A stretch of 63,265 nt of DNA, filler included, from Choristocarpus tenellus KU-1152 (GCA_964200185.2; 12 parts of 12 records of this genome joined end to end with filler, not necessarily neighbours in it); one strand, 5' to 3'; positions 1-13,549 are shown, counted from the whole stretch's first letter. Translations and numbers: made by a program. The notes: generated by a model from the letters alone, not told the origin.

Positions 1-124
1 CCCCCCCCCAAAAAAGAACTCACTAACCTGGACTCCACACCTCTAACCACCATCACTAGCACTCCCATCCTGACCTCCACAATCTCCAATACTGAAATGA
101 GGCACCCCCAAATCCCCCGCTTAC

Positions 125-3100
125 CTCTCCTTTCCCATGACCAGCAGTGAGCGGTGCCCCGTTGATGTCACTCCCATCCACTACAGACACTTCGTAGAGT
201 TCACCACCCCTTACACCCACCAGAAGGCGTTGTTGATCAGAAGACAGAAACACGCTCCTCACTGCCGAGTCCAGGCTTCCACCTCCCTTGGCTCGTTTCC
301 TTCCACCAGCAGCACCAGCGATGGGGGCAACAAGTGTCTAGAATGGAGTCGTTACGGACAATACGGGGTTCATGGGGAGAGGGAACAAGATGTCAGATAT
401 ATACCGATTGTATACTCCCTTGTCTTGTTTCGGATCTGCTGGAATCCAGAGAATGTTGTTGTGGTGGTTGATTGCTCGTGCATCAAAGTTCGAAAATTTG
501 TCCTTGCCTTGAGTGCTGATGCTGCTGCTCCGGCTATGCCTCCAGCACTTTTGGTTTCTATGTTAGAGATGCTGTACTCCTTCAACCCAGTCATCTGAAA
601 TCGTAGAAGATAAGTATGGATGAGTGACAGGCAACGCTGGTCATGATGCTCCCAATATGCTCTCCCAAGTTGTCTATGGGAGACAGACTGGAGATTAGGT
701 CAAGAGACCACGTGGGCAGTGCTTTACTGTCTTTTTTATTTTATATTGGAGGTGGTTATTTAGGAAAGAAAATGATATATTAAACTGTTGCAAGAGCTAC
801 AAATACAGCACCTACTGAATCGAGAAATTTTATCAAGCTGACGAGTTTTTTTTCAAAAGAAACATGTATGGCATGCTGCCTCCTAACCGACCGATTTAAA
901 CAAAATAAAGAAGGCATTAGATGTAAGCTTTCTTGACCGGGGTATGACATGGGCCATAGTATCCTAGAGGGGGCAATGTTTAGCCCAGGTTGTCTATTCG
1001 GATCTTGTTGGGGTGTTGTAAGATACCGCATTTTGATGCCCTTTGGGAGGGTGATTTCCCTTTAAATTTGATTCAGGCAAGGGGGTGGAAAAGGAATGTG
1101 TATTCAGATGAAGAAATTACCCTTACGCCTCACATATTCACTTGAATGACATGGAAATCAGTTCAGGGCCACACAGGACCCCAATGGATGCCTGAACCCC
1201 CCTCTAGGATGCTATGAGTCAATTGAAGTGCACATCGATGCTAGTGCCGAGATTTGACCAGGAGGCGATTCAATGTCAAGGGCATTGTGTATATTCTGAG
1301 CACAAGAAAATTTTCGCCAATTTTCTGAGAGGTGAGAGGTGATCGAAAATGTCTTGATTGTCGACTGCTTCTACCATTCTGGGTACTTAAAGCACTGACT
1401 GAAGGCATTTCATAGGTTCATGACAGTCTTGCAGTCATGACAAAGATTTTTTAAGGACCTTTTTCGGGGTACTTCTTGTGATCCACATCTCAGTCTCATG
1501 TGATGTTTATACATATGTATTTGAGCATTGCTCTCCACCTCATGCAAAATGCCCTCTTGCCACCTGGCCACACCCGCTCTCGAGCACAATAGCTTTGGTG
1601 TGGATGGGTATCAAGACCAGGTGTATTGCCTCATCCAGTCACAGACAATGTGTGTCACGTAGGCTTCTTGATGTTTGATGTATCACATATGGCGTCATAT
1701 TTTACTTCTCTGTGTGTGTGAAACATGGAAGATAGTTGGAGTTGTGGAGGGGGGGCGGTACAAACCCTTTTTGGGGAGTGCTTGATGAACTTAGAAGTAT
1801 ATACCATGTTTTCCATAACCCACCCTCTTTACTAAGGATACATGAAACGCCAATGAAGTAACGCCTTCCCTACCTCCTCATTGTACAGCTTCACCATCCC
1901 ATCCTTCCCACCACTCCAAAGTCCCCCTGGTCTTCCCCCGTGCCCGTTGTAGGCATGCAATGCATAGACTGAACCGGTATGAGCCTTTATAGACCGAGAC
2001 AGGCTTGTCGCTCCATCCTCAAAGATGTAGAGATGGCCATCTCCAGTACCGACCTGCTCAGTAGCAGTGTTGTGTCCTCAGTGTAAGGCTACAAAGCAAT
2101 ACTTCGTTTCGCAATGAAGTGCCTGTGTGTTGTGAGCCAAAGTATCTCAGAGGGTAGAGCCACGTCCATTTGAGGACCAAAATCCAATGTTGCAATTTTG
2201 ATGTAATTGGCCCTCGTGTTTGCGATAGGAAGTGTCAATATCTATATTCTGGGCACACTTTTTCATAATATATACATTTTACCTGCTCCAAAATATTTTG
2301 GAGTAGGAAAATGTCATAAGAAAACTCATGGGAAGCCAAACCCCAAATGGACAAACAGGGCAAAATTCGCACCCTCTAAGATACTTTCACTCTTGTTCTG
2401 CCTTCTGCATATGGTCTGTCAGAAATCTTCGATTTGGTTGTATTTGTTTGTCCTCTATATTGGAGTACCATATGTGCCTATGACATTCTACAGTATGCAT
2501 CCCTTGTCCAAGTTCTCCCATTCGTAATTTTTAGCGGACTGTAGGTAACATGATGCTGCGACATGGAGAGTCTTGAGGCTTTGGGGCAGCTGACAATGTA
2601 CAAAGTTCAAGAAGGAGTACAATATATAGGGGATTAAAACAGTTTGGCAAGTTGACCAAGTTGACCTACAATCTACGGTACTCCATAGTACTTGCTTTAA
2701 AAATGTGTATAATGAAAGCAACGGGAGCATGGTGATCGTTGCTTGATGTTGGAGGGATGGAGAGCATACTGCATCGAAAGAACCCTAGAGTTGGATACTT
2801 TGAGAGGAACCTGTACAATAACCGCTCTTGATTCATGTTGAGTTTGTGTATGTTAAGAAGCAAGATTGAGTGCTCCTGGAGTACATATTTCCCCAATGAA
2901 CTCTTCCCTTGCACCCACTCCCTGCTCTTCACCACAGCAGTGTCGCCTACAAACGCGCAGCACTCCATTGTCTGTAGACGCCCCTTGGAACCAAGAAATC
3001 CCCTGGAATGACTGAGGTTTCGGTCACCAAATTTCCAGAAGTTAATATGCTTGAGTCCACATGTCACCAGTCGTTGGCCCATGGAGTTCCACGCCACACC

Positions 3101-6100
3101 CAGGCATTTACGCTTTCCCCCCTTGGCCTGGGCCTGAGATTGGTAGGCAGGCAGCGCCAGGATCAAAATAATAATCACATCGAACCAATGTATATGAGAG
3201 CTATGCAGTTTTCTACTGTTTTGATAAGCAAGTTTCTTTTATCTTTTGCAATCCATTCATATTTCTATATATTCTATGGTGAAATACAAAGTTTGACTCA
3301 AGAGGACTAATTTCTTTCTTATTTGCTTGAGAGTTTTTGACACAATTCGGAAAGTATTTGAAGCATATCTGATACGCATTTTTTTTTTAAGAAGAAAAAT
3401 CTTGCACACATTTGCCAGCATCTTTAAAAAATAAAAATCTGGGTGCCTCTCATTTATTTTTGACTCTTACTAGATAATGAGGTTGGCATTCGCTACTGTT
3501 GAAGGAGGGAGACAACTGTGCACTTTGGTGAACTAAAGAAGTAATGAGGGGAGTAGAAGAGGGTTGAATGAGGGGATATAGTCTTGACCAGGGGAGATAT
3601 TTTTCAACCTGACACTGGTTTGCTATGAACAATCATGGATACAGGGTGCTAGATAAGCGACTGACATTTCTAAGTTGATCTTAAATTCCACTCCATCAAA
3701 TATTTGGTGATAGCAATTGCTGCCCGTGCAAATCACAAACTCAACAGATGGCAATTCAATACCTTATTTTGCTGAGATTGAGTGTTATATACTCCCCTAT
3801 TAACCCTGTTAATCTCCTAACTCACCCTAATCCAAGCCCAAGCATTCTCAAGCGCCGTCTCTCTTCCAAGAACAACAACGTGCCTACTCACATATTCTCA
3901 TCCAGGGCTGTTTCCTCACCCTAATGACATAGCTTCCCACATAGTCTTCATGAAAACATACAACCGTACCAGCTACAAAGTCCTGAGAAGTACCTAATAA
4001 TGAAAATGTAAACTTGACGCTTCTCACCTACAGCTGAATTACAATTGGTCACATCGTGCTGGGTGTCTACTACACTGAGTACTCCGGTACTTACATGCAC
4101 TACCAATTAAGACATCATGCTACCTCTGCGAGGTACAAAATAGTAGTGCACTAAAGCATTTTCTCATTAGCACTCAGTTCTTCAGGGTGTAACACACTCC
4201 AGAGTACTTTCGATGCAGAAAAAAAAATGGCCCTTGGAATAAGATCTAGGGAGTCCTTGGAATAACATCTAGGGAATGAACCATTGGAATACATTGATAG
4301 ATACTCACCTTCAAGAGGTGGTTGCGCCAGTTGTACACAGCTAGACTGTGATCATCATCACACCCCTGAGTAGCCAAGTACCGATTGTCTGGCGAGAACG
4401 CAAGGGCCAAAATAGCACGCTTGTGGAACCCATACAACGTCTGTTGCCGGAAACAGAAGGGCCAATCAGCGTTGAGAATTTTTTAAGCAGGAAGTTGTCA
4501 TATATTCCAGAGTAACTTTTACTTTGACCAAACTCATAGCTCTGTGTTCTCATATTTTTTTCACACCGATTTAAAACACTGGTGCTAGCTGATAAGGACA
4601 GCTCTATGAAACAGAGTAGTAGGGGGGGTTTATTTGTTGGGTGCAGTAGAACGAGGAGAAGATGAGGTTGGAGGGGGAAAAGAGGGAGAGACCAAAGAGG
4701 AGGAGACCAGGGGTAGATGAACTATGTGGGAAAGAGTATTGAGGGGACAGAAGGAGCAGCTGGTTTTGGCGTGTATCAATACACTGGATAGATACTATTC
4801 CAGAGTGCATCCCGACATGAAAACTGACCTGGACGGCCCGTGCAGTGTCTACCTCCCACACAATGACAGTTGGTCTTCTGGACACATCACCAGTGGCAGC
4901 ATATAGACCATCTGGAGACACAGCGAGACTGACGCAATCGCCAGCATGCCCAAGCTGAAAAGACTGCAGGTTTGCATGAGGGTTAGGAGTCAGAGAGGAA
5001 GCAGTGTTCATAGTTGATGACAAACAGCTAAAGTTATAGTGTAATGTAATTGGGAAAATCGTCCACACCCTACGGCATAAGTGTTTGGTCTGGTCACACC
5101 AACCAAGTATCATCTTGAGGTAAATTCACAATCACAGAAGTTTTGAACCTGCACTTTATTTGTGAGGTCCAGAGATACCCCTGCTGAGGCTGCAGTGTAG
5201 ACAACTTGCCCACAATTAGATCCACCATATGCTGCATTGTTGCGGGCATCCCGCCCTCGGTATCTATTGATTGGTACAGCAGAGCAATGGGACAGGAAGA
5301 GAAAAAGTACAGATTTCACCAACAACTTCTTTGGGTTGCTAAGAGGTAGCTGACAACTAACTGACTTAAGACTTGAATCCAGCGCTCGGCAGGGGTGGCA
5401 TATGCCTTGACTTTAAACATTTCGGTCAAAAATAATCTCTCACTATTTCCTATTGTTAACACCCAGCAATGTGGGCACAAGCAAGACACACCAGAATGCC
5501 AGTCGCATACATGCAACACCTTCCACACATTGAGGGCAACGCCAGCTTCACAGGGTCAATTAATTCACATCACACTCACTGACCCCATTCCTGTAAGTTG
5601 CCATTATGACCTGCTCATGGCCCCAGCATAGAACCCTGGAGGTCCTATGAGTTTTTCCAAAGTTGCTACAGGGCTGTTTTGGGTCATGTGATGTAGGTTA
5701 CATCAAGATAGAAAAAAAGAATAACAAAAACAACAAGAAGGTTCTAATACCTCTGTGCGAGATGTGAACAGGGCTGGGGGTTCTGCTGCCCTGACCATAT
5801 AACCTCACAACACAGCACACCATGTAGAGCTTACTATACAGAGGGCAGTCCATTTGTAACACTAGCCCTGACCCTATGACTCTCACCCATGCATGCGCTC
5901 AAGCTCTAATCCATCCCTAGGCGGGGCCCTGTCAGAAGGTGGGGGTCGAGTGGGGGCCACTGTTGCCTGTTCCCAAGGCTTCGGGGTTCGCCCTTCGGTG
6001 TTGGAGGAAGCTCTAGACCCTACAGCCCAGCCTTGATCCATCATCAGGAATGCCTGGGGTCATCGGAATTATTCATATGAGTGCATGCATTTTTTGCACT

Positions 6101-7758
6101 CTCCACCCCCACTGGTTGAGGTCATGCATCAAAGGACAATCGCTGTGTAGATAAAGGAAGGATGCAAACAACGAATTGCTCCTGCACATTTCAAGTGGCC
6201 ATTGAATACAATTGAACAGAGGTTGCAATAGAAAATTGAATACGTGTTGTAAGCTCTACCTTCTCCAAGAAAGCATGGAGCATCCGTGCACGGGGGGACA
6301 GTGACTCAATATAGTGCATGGAAATATGGAAAGTCAGTGGGGGGAAGCATGTACATCTGACCCTGGAAGTGATGCCACACTGAGCCACCCTATCTTACAG
6401 GGGAGAGTCTATTTGGCTCTTTTGATCATTTTGGGTCGTATTCAACCTTCTGTCTGACACCACATTCACATTCTAAAATGTAGCTAACCTCTAGGAGGCT
6501 ATGACTATAGAAGAGGGCACAACTGTTAATGTATGTGAGCAAAAGATTACCCTCCAGAGCAGTAGTGGCACATGTACCAGAAGGCAGTTGCAGGGGCTCC
6601 AAATAATCAGCAACTCCCACCTTTAAGATAGGACGGCCCACTGCATAAATCGAGTCACCTTGTTGGGCAGGCCGGAAAAGAGGAATTGCAATGTTCGGAG
6701 TACTAGCGTAGATCGTGCACAGGTACCACTATCCCTGATTGTTGTACCACCTGCACTTGACCCCTTACCCTAGCCTGAATAGTATCATATCAGCATTGGG
6801 GGTATTGGTCTCACAGTGCTTGCTCTCTCTTCTGATGCAGTCTCAAAGTCTTCCTCCCGTTCCAGGTCACTGCCATCCCTCATGTCTAGCACATAGCCAT
6901 CACTCTCCTCCTCGGCAACAACCTCAGCAGGATCTTTCATTTCTGCCATTTTGCTATCAGTCTCTGCTCCTGGACCAGTAAGCTCCCACTGCAACACACA
7001 CCTTTCTTTGAATAGTGTGTTCGAGGCAACGGTAGGGATGAAAATGGGATAGGATCACAAGGATTTAATCAGTCTTCGATGGTCGAGTGAGTGAGGAAGG
7101 GGGTGGGTGATGATTAGGAGCTGGAGAATGGATATGTGCAGAAAAACGGCTACACATACACTCATGTACTCACACAGTTGGGTGATAGTGGGAAATGAGT
7201 CAAAGTATCTTAGAGGGTAGAGCCGCGTCCATTTGGGAGCCAAAATCCAATGTTGCGATTTTGATGCAATTTTGGCTATCGTGCTTGTTAGTAGGTGTCA
7301 ATAGCCCTGTTCCAGACACACCTTTTCATAACGTATACACTTTACCTACTCCACAACATTTTGGAGTGGGAAAATGTCATAAAAACCCTAAGGAAAGCCA
7401 AGCCCCAAATGGACAAATAGCGAAAAACTCGAACCCTCTAGGATACTTTCACTCAAATTGGTACTGGATTTGTGGAGATGAGAACCTAAGATGCACTTTT
7501 GTACACACTATCCTCTTACCTATCATTTGCCCCCACAGAAACAAGGAATTTTCCCCCGGTAAGGAACTTTACTCGTGCCAGGGGCCCTGAACCATGGCCT
7601 TTTAGTTCATGGTAAGCTGGGGAGGGGGAGGGTGATGGGCAAGGATATCGGTAGAGCCTGAGACGGCCGAACCCATCTCCTACCGCGAGAAGAAGGCCAT
7701 TCCCGGACCTGTCCACGGAAACAACTTCAGTGCCATCATCGAGGTCTGGGAATACTCC
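125..7758 (-). CDS. EML6: Echinoderm microtubule-associated protein-like (EML5/6-type, multi-TAPE HELP+WD40), partial, 10 exons
   Basis: Phase-consistent exons: 7758-7520, 7001-6815, 6053-5887, 5263-5149, 4963-4829, 4440-4309, 3133-2933, 2053-1874, 594-508, 337-125. The translation has the HELP motif (LELERMHG/YRGRDARNN), preceded by the end of an earlier TAPE domain (DGTEVVSVDRS..LYRYPC..GH) and followed by WD40 repeats (GFHKRAILALAFSPD, LVTCGLKHINFW, SGGKDGMVKLY, LLVGVRGGELYEV). Both ends lie outside the contig. The symbol is family-level only. Confidence 0.9.
951..1220. mobile_element. MITE family C (270 bp), TIR related to families A and B
   Basis: GGGCCATAGTATCCTAGAGGGGG ... CCCCCTCTAGGATGCTATGAGTC; flanks cat/aat; lies in an EML intron. 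Confidence 0.6.
2134..2392 (+). mobile_element. MITE family A, full length
   Basis: GAGCCAAAGTATCTCAGAGGGT...ACCCTCTAAGATACTTTCACTC; 4-bp TSD TTGT. Confidence 0.92.
7197..7454 (+). mobile_element. MITE family A, full length
   Basis: Both TIRs present; 4-bp TSD AAAT. Confidence 0.92.
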
Positions 7759-8045
7759 CTTCATTGATTACAAAGAGGACACGGGCAGGCAGCAATGGAA
7801 AACAAGGGTGGAAGAGGAAAATTATTACAAGCACACATAAAATTGAGATAGGAGTAAAATGTGGGGACAAAAGATGCATCCACTGGCACTAGGGAAGAGG
7901 GTTAAGAGACAGGATGAAAAGGATGTTTTCACCAACTTCTCAGAGCACAAGGGAATAATCCAATAACATCTGTTTCTCTATTCATCAATGCATCTGAAAG
8001 TTGGTAGGGTGTGTCAATCAAAGAGGTTGTAACATAGGAAGAGGA

Positions 8046-8160
8046 GGCTCAAAGTATCTGGGAGGGGGTGGCGATTGTCCATTTGGGGTCATTTGGTTGC
8101 ATACGTCGGATGGATACTGTAAATGCACTTTTCCTGATTTTGGTCCAAATGGACACAGAT
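8046..8160 (+). mobile_element. MITE family B, cut by gap
   Basis: GGCTCAAAGTATCTGGGAGGGGGTGGCG..GTCCATTTGGGG terminus. Confidence 0.8.
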
Positions 8161-8260
8161 NNNNNNNNNNNNNNNNNNNNNNNNNNNNNNNNNNNNNNNN
8201 NNNNTTAATTAATTAANNNNNNNNNNNNNNNNNNNNNNNNNNNNNNNNNNNNNNNNNNNN
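8161..8260. other. Artificial contig-joining linker (first of 11)
   Basis: N44-TTAATTAATTAA-N44, with stops in all six frames; identical linkers start at 10970, 17856, 21016, 25950, 32018, 36579, 40370, 49587, 55756, 59255. Confidence 0.97.
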
Positions 8261-8596
8261 CCCGCCCCGCCGCTCTCCCGTTCTTGTTTTTGGGTCAAAG
8301 TTTGGGGGGGGGGCGGGCGGGCGTCCGTTTTGTGCCTTTTTTTCAAAAAGGCGATTTTTGGGTGATTTGCTTGCATGTGTCGGATTTTCAATGTTTTCAA
8401 AAAGGGTTGGTGGTTATGGTCTGTTGCTGTTGCGTTGACTTGAACAGCGCTAAAAATACTCTATGCTCTTATTTATTATTTTTTTTTGTTCAAAGTTAGG
8501 TTTATGGTTTTAACAACGCTAAAAATACATGTGTTTGTTTTGGGTTAGTTTTGTGTTCAGACATGGGTGCTGATGAACAACGCAAAATGTATATAT

Positions 8597-8850
8597 GAGC
8601 GAAAGTATCTTAGAGGGTACAAGTTTTGCCTCATTTGTCCATTTGGGGCTTGGCTTCCCATGTTTTTTTTTGTGACATTTTCCTACTCCAAAATGTTTCG
8701 GTAATTAAAATGCATACGTTATGAAAAGGTGTGTCTGGAACAAGGATATTGAAACTTGACAAAAATGATAGCCAAAATTACATCAAAATCGCAACATTGG
8801 ATTTTGGCCCCCAATTGGACGCGGCTCTACCCTCTAAGATACTTTGACTC
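8597..8850 (-). mobile_element. MITE family A, full length
   Basis: Both TIRs present; flanks tat/tgt (imperfect TSD). Confidence 0.9.
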
Positions 8851-11069
8851 TGTATGTGTGTACTATGTATTTTGGGTTAGGTTAGGGTTCGAAAGGAATA
8901 CGCTAAGTTTTGTTTTGGGTTGTTTTTGTGTAAGACTTGTGTTTTCATGAACAACGCTAAAAACGCACCATGTTTTCATTTAAGGTTACTTTTGTCCAGA
9001 GATTATTTTTTTTATCATTAGGGTTATGGTTAGGTTTAGGGTTAGGCTAGCATAATGAAGGTCGAGCATGTCACAAGGACGAATATTGGACAATAGGGTT
9101 CGTGTTGGTTGGTGGTTTGTGTCATGGTTTGTATATGTGTATGGGTAAGGGTTAGGGGAAGTTAGGCTGGGGGGGTGCGACCCATGCCCGTCGTAAAGTG
9201 AATGTAAAGCGTGAGATGTTTGTGTGATGCAGAGGTTACTTTTTACATATTCCAAATTGACAGTTTTAGGGAAACGATGAACGAATGAGTTACCCCGTGT
9301 ACAAAAATGAAGGCTTGCAATGTGATTGGAGTTCGTGTAATGGTTTTAGAACAAAAGATTATATACAGTGTAAGTAGAGTTTGAGGTTAGGTTTAGGAAT
9401 CACGCTTAGGATTGGGGTAGAAATTGACCCATGTCCGCATTGTGGTGTAAAGAGTGGATTTGGTGAGAAGACATGTTCACGTGTTATTCACTAGTGGTTA
9501 TGGTAGCAAGGTTGGTGTATGTACGCGCTGTGATTGCTTTGTGAACTTAGGGTTAGGAAAGTGAATCCGATATTTAGTTGGAACCTTGGTTTTACAACAT
9601 GGTTAATGCTAGTTGTACAAACAGAGTTGTGGAAGAGTTGAAGTATAGTGTTAGGTTTGGTGATTGCAGGAAGTTTGTATGGTGAGTGTTGGTTTACGAA
9701 ATTGAGAATAGTAAATGGCCGTTGATAAGGGAAGGTGAAGGCATGCATGGTCAAAGTGCTTGGAAACTTGTCCGAATGGAACGAAAAGAGTGGATTCTAA
9801 AATGTAATATTTCCGCAGTACTTCCATTGGCTTTGATACACTTTACTTCAGTCAGATAAACAATAACCTCAAGAATCGTATCTCATGTGAACTGACAGAT
9901 CTGACTTATCCACGTGAAAAACATAAAGATCCAACACCACTGCGAAAAGGAATAAGCCGTCAGATCCAAACCACATGAACACACACCGGAGTTGGAGACC
10001 ATCCAAATAACATTTAGGCCCTAACTGAACAAAACTAGAACTACCCATACTACAAGCTCAAAAGGAAATGATGAAGACTCTACTTCAACTCATGGGCATG
10101 TTGGATCGGCATTCATCGCCCTTCTCCCACCAGTCTACGAGTTTGGGGTAGGCTGCAGTCAGTCAGTGCAATAGGTTAAGCATAGTGGAATATTTGGTGT
10201 TCCATTTTTCTGCCTTAACTAGGCTACGAAAAAAGGCCCTCTTAGCACGAAGGGCTTAGACATCCTCCGCACGCAAAGTCCTCTTCACTTTCCTTGCACC
10301 ACCACCCAGCGTATTGAGGATTTCCTCGTGTACGTAGCAGTTGTCTCCCTGCATAATATTCTTGGCCGCCCTGTCCACCCTCATTTGTCGAAACCCGTGA
10401 TCGTGTATGACCTGCCCGAGGATCTGTGTTTGTACCCGGTACTGGGCAGATGTCGGCTTGGTCTCTGAACAGAGGAGTTCTGTCACACAGGCTTCCATGA
10501 AACCTTCTGTTATGCCCTCCACGATTGGACCTCCGGAGTGGACTGATTGTGGTCTGGCGCAGGGGTCACCACCGCCTGTGGAACGGCTCCCCTCTTCCTC
10601 CTGGAGTGAGTCAACTACTCCCTCCGTCACGGGTAGATCTCTCTGATCAGCAGGATTGTCCGTCGAGCAGAAGCAAAAATGTTGTCCAGGAAAGGAGTTG
10701 GCTGTCCGTCCTGCCTCTTCTTTCCACAAAGCTTCTCTACAGGTGTCACCCTTCAAGGACTACTGCAGACTTCTTCTTCTTCTTCTTGTTGGCAGAGGTC
10801 AAGGTCTCGCCAACTTTTGCTTTCTTAGAAGAAGGCCCGTCTCTGCGAGAAGAACCTGATTTCCTCTTCGTTGCCACAGTAGTTGGTGTAGCATGGGTGG
10901 AGCTTCCACTCCCCCCCCCAATGGCGTCATCCTTGTCCCTTCCATCTGTTAGTGCGGAGTGGAGAGACTNNNNNNNNNNNNNNNNNNNNNNNNNNNNNNN
11001 NNNNNNNNNNNNNTTAATTAATTAANNNNNNNNNNNNNNNNNNNNNNNNNNNNNNNNNNNNNNNNNNNN

Positions 11070-11169
11070 GTAACCATCCAACGTATGCAATCAAATCACC
11101 CAAACATCGCGACATGAGAAAATTCACCCCAAATCGACAGCCGCCTCCCCCTCACAGATGCTTTGAACC
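11070..11169 (-). mobile_element. MITE family B, cut by gap
   Basis: Matches the reverse complement of the 57755 copy; ends CAGATGCTTTGAACC. Confidence 0.75.
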
Positions 11170-11429
11170 CATGATCTTGGCATCAGCCACAAGAATCACA
11201 AAGCATCGCAATGTTACCCTGTTCTTCTAATCAATAACACCTTCCGATCCCTCACTGTGGATCTAAAAACCGTTTCTCTATCTCCATCTTCGTTGAGGGA
11301 TGTGGGAAGACTGGACATACTTCGGGCTAACTTGCTTGCAGAAATTGCCAAGCCCGTGCATGGCCTGGTTCGCAATATTGCTTGTCTGGTGAATTGTCTG
11401 CCACAAAGAACTCGTATACCACGTATCTA

Positions 11430-11668
11430 TACGAGTTTTTCCCTGTTTGTCAGTTTGGTGCTTGGCTTCCAACATATTTTTTCAGGGCATTTTACCTACA
11501 CCAAAATGGTTCGGAGTAGGTAAAATGTACAAATTATGAAAAGGTGTGTCCGGAACAAGGATATTGAGACTCCCTAACAAACACGATAGTCAAAATGACA
11601 TCAAAATCGCATCATTGGATTTTGACCCCGAAATGGACGGGACTCTACCCTCTGAGATACTTTGACTC
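11430..11668 (-). mobile_element. MITE family A, one TIR truncated
   Basis: Internal sequence matches the family; ends CCCTCTGAGATACTTTGACTC. Confidence 0.85.
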
Positions 11669-13177
11669 CCTTGCATGCCCTTAGACCTTGAGTGTGATGG
11701 TGCTATGCTGATCACACACCATCAACCTCGCTCGTATCTTAGCTGACTGGTATACTGCTCCCATACACTCAGACTTTATAAATATTGATTGCTATTCTGA
11801 CCGCATGCCACCAACATCAGTATTGGCTAAGGATATCCTGATCAGGCATCCATCAATGCCATGTTCATGCATTACACTTCATCCCGTATCAATGAAGTCA
11901 TGTGTAATTTTATGGCGCAATGCTGTGCTAATAGTAACAATTATTTCCCATTTTGCTCCTAGAGCTCACCTTTTTGTTAGTCCTGAATCAAGCATGCATG
12001 TCTTCGAGACCATCAGAAGGAGGTCGAGATCAATGCGGAAAGCAGGGTTGTTTGATATCGTTCCATTAATTGCTGTACCATATACCTTTGTATTGAGTCA
12101 AACCAAGAGATGAGTAGGGATGGATTTTATGGATCCCGAGAAAGGGAAAAAATATGCCATTTGAACATTTACTGAAAGAGCCTTTGCTGATTTGTCGTAT
12201 CACCTTGCGTGCGGAAAGGAGGACTACCAATTTTACGTAGACTATTGTACACACAAGGCACTAAACTAGAGTGTATTGCACAGGGTAAGAAATATAGGTT
12301 AGCATATAAAAGGATCCAAACCTGCCTACCTCTCAATTGGTTTGGCTCGTTGTTTATGATCTTCCAAAGAAGTCTGGTGACAACCCTGGTGAAAGGCCAT
12401 GGTTTGACTGGGGAGGATCATTCAGAGAGCAATCAATCACGGAGGAATCCTTCTAAGGATCCTCTGCCTGAATCATGAATCTCTCCCCTCGTTTCTATGT
12501 ACACTTGCACTTGTCAACGGTAACCTCTGTCATCGGTTACGTTTCATCTTGGTCTGTCTAGTCCACCTTGCATGGTGATTCTCTTCAACACTCCGAGTCC
12601 CTCTGATACCTCAGTAGCAACATGTGGCTCGACCATTTGGCACATTGGAGCTTTTGAATGAACTCAATGTGTAGATGTGGTTCTCCTGTATCAGAGGTTA
12701 ATGGAGATTATTCCTCTGCATGAACTTCACGAGTTTGTCCTGCCTGTCAACAATATCATTGGTTTATTAGTTAATTGTTAATTGAATATACTAACAGAAT
12801 TCGTTTAATGGAAAACCGCTTTTGATTATGCAAGGCTCTCACGGAAATAACTATGGAACGTACATCTGGACTTTTGCATATGTTGCTACACCGCGATAAC
12901 CCCAGACCAAGAATGAAGTGATAAGGGTTTATTGCTGAGTGCCGAGCTAGGTCCAGCACAAGATTCAACGTGCCTAAACCCAACACGCAAGAAGGAAGCC
13001 AAAGACGGGGGAAAAAAAATATAGTCGTAGAGCAACAGTCAGATACAGTAGTAAATATTAGGGATATCATTAATCAAGCGTATAGGACATTTGACGAGAG
13101 TTAGAGATAATCCACTTCCAAATGCCAAGACAACAATACTCTATGTATTGTGTCAAGGGCAGGTCCCCTTTTTTGGC

Positions 13178-13509
13178 ATATCCTGACACTGATGCGGATA
13201 ATGTGCGCAGTCATATCCATTTGTGCGCACCAACCATAGCCATTGAGGCCAGCTGAAGTGATGTGGTGTGAGTCAGACGCGCAACCGGCTTGCAGTAACC
13301 CTGATATGAACGGTGGATTCAAACCAACCAAGCCCAAGATTGTGTTTTCTGTTCTGACTGATCACAACCAATCACAGTGGAGATTGATTTACATGGAACT
13401 CTGAGGCTGTCAACATATGCCCAGGATGCCTCATTCTCATCTTTCATTTCCTTTCTGAACCTCATCTCTGCTGGTTCTCATCACCTTCCATCGCACAGAA
13501 CCATGTCGG
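13178..13509 (+). repeat. Dispersed ~330-bp repeat, copy 1 (copy 2 at ~18298-18585)
   Basis: Shared blocks TATCCTGA..GGATAATG, GTCAGACGC..ACCGGCTTG..GTAACCC, ATGAACGGTGGATTCAAACCA, CATCTTTCATTTCCTT. Confidence 0.75.
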
Positions 13510-13549
13510 ATAACGATTGATATAGTTAACAATAATGAGTTAATGGAAA

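Noticed and set aside
2207-2527. Recurrent short ORFs (e.g. FGVGKCHK..PKWTNRAK, SQSILEGRAA, RLYPLRYFDS) as a multigene peptide family
   Set aside because: They are translations of MITE A/B copies in varying frames, with frameshifts.
6765-6815. Stop-codon readthrough in the EML exon (MLI*YYSG*G then gtaag)
   Set aside because: A donor at 6814 (ACT|GTGAGA) and an acceptor at 6053 give an open, phase-consistent model without recoding.
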